The notes beneath the pieces were generated by a model, which had not been told where the DNA came from, did no database searches, and was given only the letters and a program-made list of their open reading frames with translations. Source: Chrysomallon squamiferum (Eukaryota > Animalia > Mollusca). From it: DNA of 64,000 bases. The DNA is taken from NCBI GenBank assembly GCA_012295275.1, contig CM022665.1:43896001-43960000 (forward strand). The letters are read 5' to 3'. Positions 47,327 to 62,280 of this stretch are shown here, one piece after another. Numbering within the stretch: the stretch's first letter is position 1; every line of letters starts with the position of its first letter. A program made the translations under genes and the position numbers.

Positions 47327-49230
47327 TTTCTTTCTTTTTTTTGATAATCACTACTGTTAGTAATTTTTTGCAGATTTTCAAACATACAGAATCTCATCAA
47401 TTGCTGAATAACAGAAAAAAAATAGTCAATGAATTTATTTTAATATTAGTAATATGCCAAGGATTCCCAAGGAACATTAATATTTATTTTCTAATTTTAT
47501 CAATTTACTTATTAATTATTATTATCATGATCATTATCACCCCCCTGTTCATTATCATCATCTTCATCATCATCATCATCATCATCACCATTAACATCTT
47601 TATCATCATCGTTGTTCATTGATTCTGTTTTATTTTATTTTATTAATTTTATTTATTGCAATTATTTCTGACAATTTCTGTAGTCTTGGGATTCATCAAA
47701 AGTTATATTAACAATCACACATTAATCTCTCTCTCTTTCTCAGTTATCTAAAACATTCCTCAAGAGAAATACAAATTAATTAAAATTACCAAAAATAAAG
47801 TGAAATAAGACACTGGAATTTCACAGCAGTATGTATATAATAACATAACTGCAGATATTATCTTTTTTATTATCACCATTGTGTTAGTGATCTAGCATTA
47901 ATATCTTATTAGTGACTTACTTCAGTAATTGATAAACCTATAAAAATAATTTTCACCTGTGGTTCTTTACAGGTAAAATGTGGAAAGTGTTATAAATTTT
48001 TATTATTGTGAAAGTGTTTGATCAAAGTGTAATGCAATTATTATTATTATTATTTTTATTTTTTATTTTGTTTGTTCGTGTTTTCATCAATAAATAAAAT
48101 ATGTTATATTCAGTTTCACTATAACAATTAATAATAAAAAAATATATAATAAAATGCCATTATTTTGTTAAATAAAATCAATTTCAAAGTAAGGCCATTA
48201 TGTCTTTAAACTTGATTAATTCAGAAAACTGAAACAAAATATAATTTAAAAAAAATAAAAAATTATAAAGTTTGTTTAGCAAACAAGTTATATTGTAGAT
48301 TATGTTACTTAAATAAATAAATAAATAGCATTATAAATAAATAAATAGCATTATAAATAAATAAATAACAATGTAAATAAATAAATAAATAAATAATATA
48401 TATATAAATAAATCAATCAATAAAAATAAATCAATAAATAAATAAATGATATATATAAATAAATAAATTAATACAAAATTTTAAAAATATATAAATAAAT
48501 ATATAAATAAATAAATCAATAAAAATAAATAAATAAATAAATGATATATATAAATAAATAAATTAATAAAAATTTTAAAAAATATATAAATAAATATATA
48601 AATAACAAAAAATAAACATAAATTATAAAATTCAATCACACAAAAAAATTAGTAAATATCACATCACATAGCTTAAAACAAAACAAAAATATATAAAAAT
48701 TAAAAAATTGACAACGAAAAAACCTACAAATCAGCCTATTTATCACAACTGAACAAAACCGTACGAGAGAGAAGATAAAAAAAGGACCAGTTAACACATC
48801 ACATTTTACCTGTAAGCAGCCTGTGTCTAGGTAGAAGTTGTATTAGAAAGGAATGCAAAAACACATGTCACACAGGTTGCAGGCAATCGATAATGTAACA
48901 TGCAGGAGGACAATGGGTGGAAAAGCTTTGTCTTCGTCTCGGAGAGGGTGACAGCTGCCGTCTGACATACTTCTACGACATCTCCGCTAATTCACTGTGT
49001 ACGTTGTACTTTCAAAGTAGAAAAAACACTTTTGACGAATTTTTATTTATCAGGGCACATTTTGGCTCAGTGGTAAGAATGATTGCGATATCAGTTTTGG
49101 CTCAGTGGTAAGAATGATTGCGATATCAGTTATAGCTCATCAGGGTCAGTTTTCATCAGTTGTTGGGTTTTTTTGCTGTTCCATATATATGTATGTGGTC
49201 GGAAAGGTAAAAAACTTTAACTGAAGAATA

Positions 49231-49283
<53 letters not shown>

Positions 49284-49564
49284 GAGAGATTGAGAGATTG
49301 ATTAGCAATAATAAATTTATCAATTATACCAAGTCATTTGCTGCCGAATTTTTTTTCATGTGCTACTCTAATTGAATGACATGAAATGATCTCTTACATT
49401 CACCTTCTCATAAACAGGAAAGAGCAGCCTTCCAATTATAGAGCATTAGCGAGAATGGGAATTAATCCAAATTAACCCAAAATGTGTGAGTGTGTGTGTG
49501 AGTGTGAGTGACTCTTCACCCACTTAAACTTGTGTTATCTTTAATTAGTGTTATTATTCTTCTC

Positions 49565-49782
49565 ACCTGTCATTGTCTGTCAACCCACCATCATTGTCTG
49601 TCAACCCACCATCACTGTCTATGTCAACCCAATGTCACTGTCTATGTCAACCCACCATCACTGTCTATTCAAACCCAATGTCACTGTCTATGTCAACCCA
49701 CTGTCACTGTCTATGTCAGCCCACTGTCAGTGTCTGTATCAACCCACCATCACTGTCTGTGTCAACCCGCTGTCACTGTCAC
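49565..49782. repeat. ~22-bp minisatellite
   Basis: tcactgtctatgtcaaccca(cca/atg/ctg), ~10 copies. Confidence 0.85.
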
Positions 49783-50088
49783 AGAAGTGAAATTAATCAA
49801 TGATGAAAACGTCGTCGTCGTTTCACCCAGACTTTTAACAGGGCCGATGTTGTGAAACGGCGAGTGGCAACACACCCAGGGCTGATAATCATATTGATTA
49901 GAAGAACATCAGTAATTTATGGCTGGGGAAATTATTTGTCATTTAATATCTGATGAGATTGTGTTGGGTTTTTTTTTTTTTTTTTTTTTTTTTCACAATG
50001 GATTTCATTGATGTCCTTGTTGTCGTTGGTTGTTGTGTGGGAAAAATGTTTTTTTTTTGTCTGTTTTGAGTTGTGTGTGAATGTGTCA

Positions 50089-50123
<35 letters not shown>

Positions 50124-50631
50124 ATGTGGGGAAATTCTTTTTAAGTGTCTATTAATGTCTCTGAAGTCTTTTGGTGGTTTTTTTTTAACGTTTTTTTGTT
50201 TTGTTCTTTTGTTTAAATGTAAATAACAGCAGAGAATTGTATGTTAACTGTGTATGTTTATATGATTATATACAAACTTGTCTTCTGTACTGCAATGTCT
50301 AAATGAAAGGTATTTTTCTAAATTGTATCCTGAGTGCATATTAACAACCCAAGCAGCAAACAAACTGTACTAACTTATGCATGAATATATGGAATTATAT
50401 GAAGTGTGTAATAACATATTAAATTATATATATAAATATTTAATGATATAATGAATTGTCTATTATTGTATCTTTGGAATCTTTAATTGTGTGTGAATGT
50501 ATGCTATTACACAAAAACGATATGTGTGTGAATCTGTGTCTTTACATAAAGTCCACATATGTCATTATATTCAGTTTAAATGTAATTTGTTTGTGTGACA
50601 ATGGATTATACAGTCACTGCATTTCAAACAA

Positions 50632-51270
50632 TACTGTATGTTAATGTATGTTACTGTATGTTAATGTATGTTACTGTATGTTAACGTATGTTACTGTATG
50701 TTAATGTATGTTAATGTATGTGGATATTAAAATAGAGTTGTGTGTGGAAGTGTACAGTTAAATAGAGATGTTTATGAAAGTTCACAGTTAAATAGGCTTG
50801 TATGTAAATATTTTACAGTTAGAGATACCTGAGAAGTTGTAGTTACATATAAATATTTACAGTTAAATAGAGATATATCTAAAAACAACTAACAGAAATG
50901 TCTATAAATGTGAAACGTTAAATAGAGATATCTGTAAATGTTTACAAGTCTGTACAGTTAAATAGAGATGTCTATAAATGTGTACAGTCAAATAGAGATA
51001 TCTATAAATGTAAAGTTAAATAGAGATTCTATAAATGTGTAAAGTTAGAGATGTCTATAAATGTACACAGTTAAATAGAGATGTCTATAAATGACATAGT
51101 TAAATAGAGATGTCTATAAATGTACACAGTTAAATAGAGATGTCTATAAATGACATAGTTAAATAGAGATGTCTATAAATGACATAGTTAGAGATGTCTG
51201 TAAATAGAGATGTCTATAAATGACAAAGTTAAATAGAGATGTCTATGACTGAGTGAGTTGAATAGAGAGT
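50632..51270. repeat. 10-bp array (tgtatgtta(a/c))n followed by a ~30-bp minisatellite
   Basis: cagttaaatagagatgtctataaatgt repeated from ~50750 to 51270. Confidence 0.85.
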
Positions 51271-52252
51271 CTTTGACATGTCCACGAATGTGCTCATTCA
51301 AAAAGAGGTATCAGAATGTTGTGCATGGTGATTAGATCAGTTTTGTTATCAGAATAATAACAGACGTCCCAGCTTGTCGGAAATGTGGTATTCACAGTAT
51401 TCATGGGTCACTGGTCTGGGTCAGTGTCACTGGTCACTGTGGTCAGTGATTGATTGACTTGGTCAGTGTTAGTGTTGGTGTGAGGTGAAAGTGAAAGATC
51501 ACGATGACTTGCTTTGGGGTTTTTGTAACTTCACAGAGAAAGGCTCAGTTTTGTGTGTCTGACTTCATACAGAACATAATCAAGAGGAATTTAATTCAGT
51601 TAAACTGGAATGATGTTTTTGAAAATAAATAATACTGATGTTATTGTTATAAAAATTGTTATCATTTCTATTTTTATCATTTCTGTTTGTTTTGGGGGGG
51701 TTATTGTTGTTATTGTTGTTCATGGGTAACAATTGTATTTGTTGGGGTTTTAAGTTTATTTACATCTGAAAGATTTTTAATTTTTAAAATTTTTGTTTGT
51801 TTGTTTGTTTATTTATTTGTTTGTTTGTTTGTTTCTTCTTTGGAAGTGACAAACTCATTTAAGATTAAAAGTGTTGGAGCTAAAACATCAGTTTTAAGCC
51901 ACGTTTTCATTTAATATTCATTTGTGTCTTATACCGTTTCAAAACAGTTCTTTTTATATAACAAATAATAATAATAATAACGATAATAATAATAATAAAA
52001 TCTTGCTTTTTATGAAAAAAAAAATAATAATAATAATAATAAAATCTTGAATTATATAAAACCTCAAAACCACTTTTTTAAATATATTTTTCTTAAAACA
52101 CTTCTTCTTTTTTATTTTTATTTCATTTTTTTTATTTATTTTTTTAAACCAAAGGAAACTTAACACAACACAACTTTATATAATCCAACATTATTTTTAA
52201 TATTTTTAAATTTTCATTATTTTCATTTTTTTTTTCTCTGTGTTTTTACCAG

Positions 52253-52405
52253 CAACCAGCTGCTCTGTATGATTTCCGATCTCTGATCACATTCGGTGGC
52301 TGGAAGAACGACTTCATGATGGTTGTCAACCAGCTGATAGAGTCAGCACCGCATCACTACGAACATCGAACTGAGAAGCTAATCTTTGCCATGCCACAGC
52401 CCAAG
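52253..52405 (+). CDS. PLEKHH1/2: PLEKHH-family exon 19, FERM F3 (QPAALYDFRSLITFGGWKNDFMMVVNQLIESAPHHYEHRTEKLIFAMPQPK)
   Basis: taccag acceptor, aag|gtattc donor, 153 nt; TFGG...DFM and EKLIF motifs. Confidence 0.94.
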
Positions 52406-52677
52406 GTATTCACAAGTTCTTCTACATTTCAGTCTCATGTTCAGGTGTCGAAATAACAGTATTACGGTTGCGTTCGGGTTTAAGGAAGATGCAGAATTAT
52501 TAAGGCATTGGAAAGGGTTGTTAAACATAAAAATATGTATTTGCCTAAAAATGTTTTTTTTTTAATATTTCTTGGTATGGAATAATTATTTTATTTTGTG
52601 ATTTTAATTTTAGTATATCAGATAATGACAGTGAAAAAATATATATATATATATTTTTTTTAAATAATATTTTTCAG

Positions 52678-52764
52678 ATTCTTGAAATCACTCTTCTCAT
52701 TGCTGAATACATCAACATCAAACTTCAGACTCCCTCGCCTGAAGCCATCAATGGAGAAACATAG
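52678..52764 (+). CDS. PLEKHH1/2: PLEKHH-family terminal coding exon (ILEITLLIAEYINIKLQTPSPEAINGET*)
   Basis: tttcag acceptor; 29 codons ending in TAG; I.E.T..IA.YIN final helix of the FERM domain. Confidence 0.92.
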   Translation: MLEITLLIAEYINIKLQTPSPEAINGET

Positions 52765-53440
52765 CCCAATGAAATCCATTGTTACATCCATCTCTTATCA
52801 CCATAGCCAATGAAATATTTTGTTACATCCAATATAAAAAAAAAAAAAAAAAAAACAAGCAAAAAACACACAAGCAATCGAAATCATCAATGGAATTTTT
52901 ATGGCCATTGAAATTCTTTGTGTTTTATATATCTCACATCACCAGTACCAATCAGATCATTTGTTATATTTGAGTGTAAAAGACAATCAGCATAAAACAT
53001 CAGTGGTAATAAGACAAAGCCAATCAAATCTCTTGTTTTATTCCATTTTGAATCACCATCAACCAATGAAATGTTTTGTTACATCCTGCATGAAGGACAA
53101 TCAGAAATGATTACAGCTAAATGGAATATTTTGCTTTCTTCATCTCAAATCACCATCAGCAAATAAGACTGAAATGTTTTGTTTTATCTGTCAATGATAA
53201 TCAAGAATAAGAAGCCATAATCATAGAAATAGACAATTCAGTTATTTCAATTTTTTTTTTTTTACAATACTGTTAAAATAAATATCTCTTATAAGAAAAA
53301 AAACTGTTAATATAATCCCATATTTAAATTTTTTGTTTTTTTTTTGTTTTGTTTCCATCAATGGCAACCAGCAGCCAATGAAATGTCTTGTTATATTCGC
53401 ACTCATCACCATCTTCATGTGAGAAGCCAATGAAAAACCT
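52758..53440 (+). repeat. Degenerate CCAAT-containing tandem repeat starting at the stop codon (3' UTR)
   Basis: agccaatgaaat...ttgttacatcc...tcacca recurs at ~52763, 52806, 52903, 52948, 53019, 53063, 53374 and 53425. Confidence 0.7.
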
Positions 53441-54699
53441 TCTTTCATCCCAGTGTTGTGTTGGTCTGAAGAGAAATGATGTTTAATTCATTTCTCATCA
53501 TTATTGGCAGAAAATTTATCAGGGAAGAAATGTAACCAAATAAAAATTTAAATATTTATATAATGCCATTAAATAACTTATTTATTTCACCTGGTCCTAG
53601 TCATATTTTAAACTGTTTGATATATATATATATATAAAAAAATAGTAGTTAATACTCTTTTTCTTCTTTTTTTTTTTGGTTTTCTTTTTAATACTTTTTC
53701 CCCATTCTTTTTAATAGATTTTATACTTAAAAACATTGTCTTATTATTATTATTATTATTATTATTAATATTATTATTATTATCTTATCATCATCATCAT
53801 AACCATTATTATTGTATTATTTAAGAAATTAATTATTTAATAATGTCAGTAATAATGAAACAAACTGAAATTGTTAATTTTTCTGTTGTGTTTAAACAAT
53901 TTTTCTTGTTAATGTACCTTTGTTTGTTTTAAAATTTTCTGTTATGTTTTATGTTTTATTGTATTAAAACTTACTGTTTTATTAAATATAAAAATATTTC
54001 ATGTTATTTTATTAAAATAATTTAAATGTTTTTATTATTAAGTATTTTTACTGGATTAATTTGAAATATTAATTAATTTTTTTTTGCTATTATTATGATT
54101 ATTATTATTATTATTATTGTCATTATCATAATCATAATTCTTAAGCTTTCATCTTTTAATGTCACTTTCAAATGAAGAATTTAACTTTAATAACAAAAAC
54201 ATATATCTCTATCGTTTTTAAATTCCCCTTTTAAATGGTTACATAAAAGTTCTCAATATTTGTTTACATTTCTCTTTTTTATCTGTGTTATTGTCGTTGT
54301 TGTTGTTGTTGTTGTTGTTGTTAGACTGTGAGGTATGTTGAGAATAGGGCATCGTTTAAATACTCAGGATTTTTTTAAATGTCTTCCTTGTATTTCATTC
54401 ACTGTCATAAGCAATGAAAAATTTAACAATAATTCTCTCTTCTGTTTCTTTTTTTCTTCATTATATATGTTTTTTTTAAATATATCTTATATTTATTTTA
54501 TTTTTTAAGAGCACTTGTTATTCAAGATTCAAGAACATTGATTTTGTGTGTTATTTGAATGAATAAGTTTATTTGTTATTTATTTATTTGTATTTTTTTT
54601 TTTTTATTATTATTGCAATTGCCATTATTTTTTTTATTGTTATTGTTGTTGTTATGATTGTTATTATGTTATTATTATTATCATCATTATTAATATTAC

Positions 54700-54730
<31 letters not shown>

Positions 54731-54999
54731 TTAATTCTCACAATTTTTATAAATGGATAAATTTTATTGTCTAAGAGTTTATAATTTCAAAAGTTTATTG
54801 TTGGAATTGTAGGTTATTATTGGATGAAGAATTAAGTGTGAAAAAAACAAAAACAACATTAAATGAAATAATTATTATATTAAAAATATTTAGAAGTCAT
54901 TTATGCCTTATTCATTATGATATAGAAATATATCTGAAAATCTTTGGCATATTTTATAAATTAATCAATTAAAATATTGAAATAATCTTTATTTCTCTC

Positions 55000-55031
<32 letters not shown>

Positions 55032-55168
55032 CATTTATATATTTTAATCAGAAGAAAATAAAACTGTATAAGGCTGTTCTTTTCTTCTTTTTATTTTCTT
55101 AAATATTTCATTTATTATTTTTATTTATTTATTTATTTATTTATCTATTTATCTATCTATCTGTCTAT

Positions 55169-55203
<35 letters not shown>

Positions 55204-55461
55204 TTAACAGACATTTAAATACCATTTTGAAGACTCTTTTCAATTAACTATCATAATTTCTTCCACACCTGCACAGACAGTTAGAAACAGTGTGTATTAG
55301 TGATGTAGTCTATGCAATTGTATTTCATTACAAGACTCTTTGTTGCATAATATTAACCTTTGAATATTTATTGTTAGAAATACACTTTTTGAAAAGAACT
55401 TTTGTTTACAAGAAATAATTATTAATGAGAACCAGTTTTTTTTAGAAATTGTTTTTTTCTT

Positions 55462-55498
<37 letters not shown>

Positions 55499-55525
55499 GT
55501 AATTATATTTGTTATATTGATAAGG

Positions 55526-55571
<46 letters not shown>

Positions 55572-55620
55572 TTATTATTGTTATTTTTCATCTTATTACT
55601 ATCATTGTTATTGTTATTAC

Positions 55621-55654
<34 letters not shown>

Positions 55655-55736
55655 TATATATTTATTTATTCATTTATTATTATTATTTATATATATATTT
55701 ATTTATTTATTATTATTATTATTATTCTTCATTATT

Positions 55737-55787
<51 letters not shown>

Positions 55788-56984
55788 GATGGAAATTGTT
55801 TACATATTATACTGTAATTTTGTTGTACACTTATATCCAGTGCAATAATTAGGCCTTTTGTGCCTCATATACCTTTATATACAAACATGTTACATTTACA
55901 CAATACACTTTTATTATAATTAAATGTTGTAACAGGTTTATTTTTCACTCCATTTATAATGTGTATTTATTGTCCTTTTTTCAAATGTGACAGTGTAGGC
56001 TAACTAAATGAATTCTTTTTTTTTTTTTTATTTTGTGTTTTTTAAAAATAAATAAATAGATAAAAGATTAATTTAAATAAATAAATAAATAGAAGTTTAA
56101 AAAAATAGATAAATAAATAAATAGAAGTTTAAAAAAATAGATAAATAAATAAATCTATTTTTATAAAATAAATTAATAAATTAGTAAGTAAATAAAAAAA
56201 ATGAAAGTAAATAAAGAATTAAAGAAATATAAAATTAAATAAATAAATAATCATTTCAAAATGACCAAAACTCCAAAATTAATGTTAGAAAACTAATAAT
56301 TAAACTGGAATCAAGCAAGTTTAAATTAAGTTTAAAAAAATAAAATTAAATAAAACAAAATTTTATAAATGGATAGTAGTAGTAGTAGTAGTAGTAGAAT
56401 AAGAATAATAAGAATTTATTAACTAAATAATTAAAATAACAGCAAAATCAATAATAACAATAACAAAACTTTTATTTAAAATAATTCTTTAATAATAAGA
56501 AACTTAATTTAAATTTATCAAAAAATCAATTTTTTTTTTTTTTTTTTTCTCTGCTGAATTTCCAATATAAAATAAACAAAAATTTCAAATAATCCTACAG
56601 ACATAATTTTTTTTCTTCTTCAAAATTTTAAACTTAACATTATTCTTAAATTACTCCAAATATTAGAAACCAATCCTTCACTTTTGACATTATTTTTGCC
56701 ACCAGCATTTTTTAATAACTTGTACACAAGCTTAATAACTGATCATGCAGAATTTGAGAAATTTCTTATTAAGACGTTAATTTATTATCTTACAACCAGT
56801 TTGGTATGTGACTTTCAGTGTGTCTGTTAGTACTTTGCTAGTCTGTGTGTATTGTCAGGACCTAGGGGCGGTGTGCAATGCTTCAATGCATAACAGTCCA
56901 AGATCAAAAGCAAGTCGTTTAAGTTGGTTGGTGTCAACTAGTCACATGTTGGAAAAAATATCAGTGAACAGATACAGCTTTATA

Positions 56985-57885
56985 TCGTTTAAGGTTATCG
57001 TGTACCTAATCATTTCTTGCTGAGAATGGTGTTAGACCCCCCCCATTTAAGGTTGAGAGTAATAATGTTAAAATTTCATTAGAGGTTATCTTGTACCTAA
57101 TCATTTCTTGCCGATAATGATGTTAGACCCTATTTAAGGTTGAGAATAATAATGTTAAAATTTCAATTAAGGTTATCTTGTATCAAATCATTTCTTGCCG
57201 AGAATGATGTTAAGGTTGAGAGTAATGTTAAATTTCGTTTGAGGTTATCATGTACCAAATCATTTTTTGCCAAGAATGATGTTAAAGTTGAGAGTAATGT
57301 TAAATTTCATTTGAGGTTATCACATACCAAATCATTTTTTGCCAAGAATGATGTTAAGGCTGAGAGTAATGTTAAATTTCATTTAAGGTTACCTTGTACT
57401 AGATCATTTCTTGCTGAAGAGAAATGTAGGACTTACTTAAGTTTGAGGATAATGTTAAATCTGTATAAGGTTTTCTTGTAGAAGGTAATCATTTAAGGTT
57501 GTCTTGTACCAACTTGTTGTTCAAGATAATGTGAAATTTATTTAAGGTTGTCATGCAGCAAATCACTTCTTGTTGAAGATAATGTTAAATTCATCTAAGG
57601 TTATATGGTAGCAAAGGTTTTCATAATGTTTATACCAATTTAAGGTTATCTTGTAAAAATCTCTTCTTGCTGAAGACAAAGTAGGGCTTATTTAAGGTTA
57701 TCTTGTAGATAATTACTTCTTTATGAAGATAATGTTAACTTCAATCACTTTACAATGAAGATATCTCAGTTAAGGTGACCTTGTAGCAAATAATTTCTTG
57801 TTTATGAAAATGTTAGTGTCTCTTGTAAAATCTTACCTCCTATATATGGTCACCTTGCACTGTATCATTTCTTGTTGAGGATAAT
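56985..57885. repeat. ~50-85-bp degenerate tandem repeat downstream of the gene
   Basis: tttaaggttatcttgtaccaaatcatttcttgc(c/t)gagaatgatgttaaggttgagagtaatgttaaattt repeated and decaying toward the 3' end. Confidence 0.85.
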
Positions 57886-59642
57886 ATTATTGCATTAGAA
57901 CAATTTTACACTATCCCTCCATATTATTCAAGGATAGAACAAATTCTTCTTTAATTCTTTATATACAAACATCTTTTTCATTTTATTTTTAATTTTTTTT
58001 TTTTTTTAAATTTTTATCTTTCTTTCTTTACACCTAGTCACCAATGAATATTTCTTTTGTTCATACCTACATTGATGTTGTACTGTACATTATATAAAAA
58101 TTATAAATTTGTCAATATTCTTATGTCTGTATTTTTTTATTTTTATTTTTTTTTTTTTTTGATTGTTTGTTAATTTCAGTGTGTGATTGTTATAAATGAC
58201 TGTTATGAATATTCATCATTTGTTAAGGAGTGTGTGGTAAAATATACAATGTTTAATTTTCACTGGTCGAACATTTTCCCTCACACATTTTACCTCACTG
58301 TTCATTGATGATTGTTAAACACATTTTTTCATCATTTAAATAAATATTAAAATACGAAAATTAAAAAAATATTATTATTATTATTATAAATATATTTGTT
58401 GATTGACGTAAAATGGTCAATTTTTTTTTTTTTTTTTAATTATAAATTTTGTCATTTTTTTAAATTTTTAAATATTTTTTTTTTTTTTTTACTTCTTTGT
58501 GGTTTGTTTTTGTTTTCCTTTGATTGAGAAATAAAATAGGTACAAACATGTATTTATTGTGTTTTGTGTTTTCGTCACATTTGCAGATAGAATTTTTGTA
58601 TTTTAAATGAAAGCCTGGTGGCAGTTTAATAAATGTAAATTAAAGAACTTCAGTTTTTTAAGTTATTGAAACCTATATTTATTATCATTATCATCATTAT
58701 CATCATAACTATTAGTTTATTTATTATTATTATTATTATTATTATCATTGTCATCATCATAATTTACAATTATTTTATTATTATCACCATTACTGTTATA
58801 ATAATAATTGTTTTTATTATCATTATTTTATCATCTTTATTATTATCCTTGTTATTTTATCATAATAATTTTTATTATTATTATTCTACTACTACTATCA
58901 TCATCATCATCATTTTATTATTTTTATTATTATCCTTGATATTTTATCATAATAATTTGTATTATTATTATTCTATTACTAATTATCATCATCATCATCA
59001 TCATCATCAGTGCTCTCCAACCACTACTCACCTACCAATCTTCTTTATTTTATTTAACAAATTAATTATCTAACATCCTTGTGAAGATTAGATCCTTCGA
59101 CCTATTATATTATACACCCAAGGCTACAGCTCTAACCACCCTACTGACAGCAGTACCTTTGCACTTAAAGCACTGAATACAGAGACTTGTAACAAAACAG
59201 CAGGTACATATCAGGTATTCGCTTACCTGCTTAACGACCCTGGTTTACCTGAGAAGTAACGATGTCCTACTTCCAGGTAGCTTGGCTAGGAAAGAAAAGT
59301 GTCACATTACAGAGTGTTCTGTTGTTAACAGTGTCAGTCAGTATGTCACATGTTACACATACATTTGACTCGAGTCATGCTGGCTCCTCATTAAAGCAGT
59401 CTGATTATTAATTAATGGTCAGTGGATTAGTGGATTAGTATTTTTAGATTTGTTAATTCAGTGAACTGGTGTCATTGGAGAGTGGAGTGTTAATATTAAT
59501 GTGATATTTTTATGTATGCAGTTAATTAAATATATGCACCCACACTCACACGCATACACATGCATTTATAGACAGTGCTGTTCACGGGTTTTCTGAACTG
59601 ACCCAAATAATGATGATGATGATGATGATGATGACGATGATG

Positions 59643-59680
<38 letters not shown>

Positions 59681-59749
59681 TATAATTATATTTTAAAAAG
59701 TGAATACGGTTATTTACTCAAACTGTTTAATGTTTAAATGCAGAAAATA

Positions 59750-60361
59750 AGGTCGTTTTACATCGTATTATATTTATATCAAATGGAAACTGTTACATTT
59801 ATTACAAAAATGAAACAAAATAACAACACAACGGCGACAAAAATAATCTGAACATTACGTCACGTTAGCAAATGAGTACAATGCAGTCAGCATTTTAATT
59901 ATAAGAGTGATAAAACATTTATCTCGATTTTCATGATAAGCCTCTTTATTTATTTATTTATTTATCTATTTATCTATTTATTTGTTTATTTGTTTGTTTA
60001 TTTCTAATAATTAATAACGGTTCGCTAGTTTAATAAAATAAACTGTTGATTGACATGTATAAACGTTACGTTATTGTTTTTTCTTTATACATTATTTTTT
60101 TTTTTTATTAGTTCTATTTATTTTATTTATTTTCCACTCGGGCTGTTAGGGAGACGGGTGAAAAGCGAGGTGTGAACTTTTTATTGTTATTTATCGTTTA
60201 TCCTATAAATGATGTTGTACTCTTCAAATAAATTTATGAGTGCTGTGACAATGTACTGCATAGCACGATCGTAAATTTAAAAAAAAAAAAAAAAAAGAAA
60301 AAATGAATATAAAAATTAAAGCGTTTACTACTGCTTGGATATATACATACATTATATACGC

Positions 60362-60406
<45 letters not shown>

Positions 60407-60502
60407 AATGGGTCGAACTAGTCTTCTCTTTTTCCTGTTACATATTTTTATTTGATTTTTATTATTATTTATTATTATCATTGTTATTATTGTTATTATC
60501 AT

Positions 60503-60540
<38 letters not shown>

Positions 60541-61486
60541 TTTATTTATTTATTCTTTCATTTATTTAATAATCCATTTTTTTTTTTTACTCTTAAATTT
60601 GAAAAATTAGTACGTATAAAACTCAAAGCCTTTAATACTGCATTAATAGATCAATACATCTGTAGATCAATGAGTCGAAACTTTGCATCACTCTTTCCTG
60701 TTATATTGAAATTTATTTTATCGTGACGTTTACTATATCTACAACAATTACAGCGCCATTTTATTTTATTTTTTTATTTTTTTTTTTTACAAAATCTTGG
60801 AACCGCCCCTGATGCGTATTAAAACAAAATTTCTCAACACAATAAATAAACCATCTATCATGTATGGCGACAGACAAGAACCAGTATAATTTTGTTTAAA
60901 TACTCTTATTAGTCTCTGATATCTTTACGAAGGACAAGCTAACAATATAATATTCGAGACGGGCGATCTAATAGCAAGCGCAGTAAACGATATCTTTATG
61001 GCTGTATATAATTTACAATTAATCGCCGTATTCGGATTACATTCCACTTCAGCGTTGTAATCGCTCGACAAAAATTAAATAATATTTAGTTAACGTCATC
61101 CCATTTAAAATCGATGCTTGGTCATAAGGTGCATGCGTTCTTGAAGACGTCGTTTTTTTGTTAAACGGTTATAAAATGACTGGTGGTGTTGTTATTCTGT
61201 TTAAATGACGTGTTGTAGTGTGATAAAAATGAAATACTGTTTGGTTTTTTATTATTACATACAGCGACCTAGTTAAATGATGACAGCAGCGTACGTATAG
61301 TTTCTGATGATTCAAATTAAAGTGGGGAAAGTGGTGTTGATAATGATTATGATGATGATGATGAGATAATAATACAAATCTGTATATATATATATATTAA
61401 TGGGGATATTGTCTAAGCCATAGGCCACGTTTATTGTTATTATTATTATTATTACTATTATTATTATTGCTGCCACCATTACTACT

Positions 61487-61533
<47 letters not shown>

Positions 61534-61577
61534 TACTACTATTATTATTATTGTTATTACTACTACTAACACCACTG

Positions 61578-61613
<36 letters not shown>

Positions 61614-61762
61614 TCATCATCATCATCATCATCATTATTATTATTACTTCCGTCAAATGATGTGGTTATTAGCCATATACTATTGCCAAAACATCTGATT
61701 TAAATTCATCTTTTAGGATAACACAACCAATTACGTCACGTAATTTTTATAAGAATTCACCT

Positions 61763-61793
<31 letters not shown>

Positions 61794-62230
61794 GATTTTT
61801 TTCTCCCAGTAGGTCGGATCCCGGCTCACTGTACAATCTGATATTGAAAATTAATATTATCCTCGACTCCATATTCATTTGAACAAAAGTGCACGTCTGT
61901 ATCTGGGAACAATCTGTCAGTGGGCCTTCGTCTTATCGATCCCATCTGGACATCCAATCCGCCGAATTTCATTCTCAATGTTACTTGAGGCGTGAACAAC
62001 GGTTCTCTCAGGACAAAATACTTAGCGTACACTCACTTAAGCGATTTTAAACACAAGAATGTCCTCTTTCGTTTTTTCTATCCATTTTTCTTTTATTTTT
62101 TTCTCTCTCTATTCTCGTTATTTTTTATTTTTTTTTATTATTATTATTATTATTTTCTTTAAACACAAGAATGTCCTCTTTCGTTTTTCTATCCATTTTT
62201 CTTTTATTTTCTCTCTCTGTTCTCGTTATT

Positions 62231-62280
<50 letters not shown>

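Noticed and set aside
57140-57481. 113-aa repeat ORF
   Set aside because: Translation of the downstream tandem repeat; no splice or domain support.
53440-58640. Polyadenylation site
   Set aside because: AATAAA occurs many times in this AT-rich DNA; no single site can be supported.
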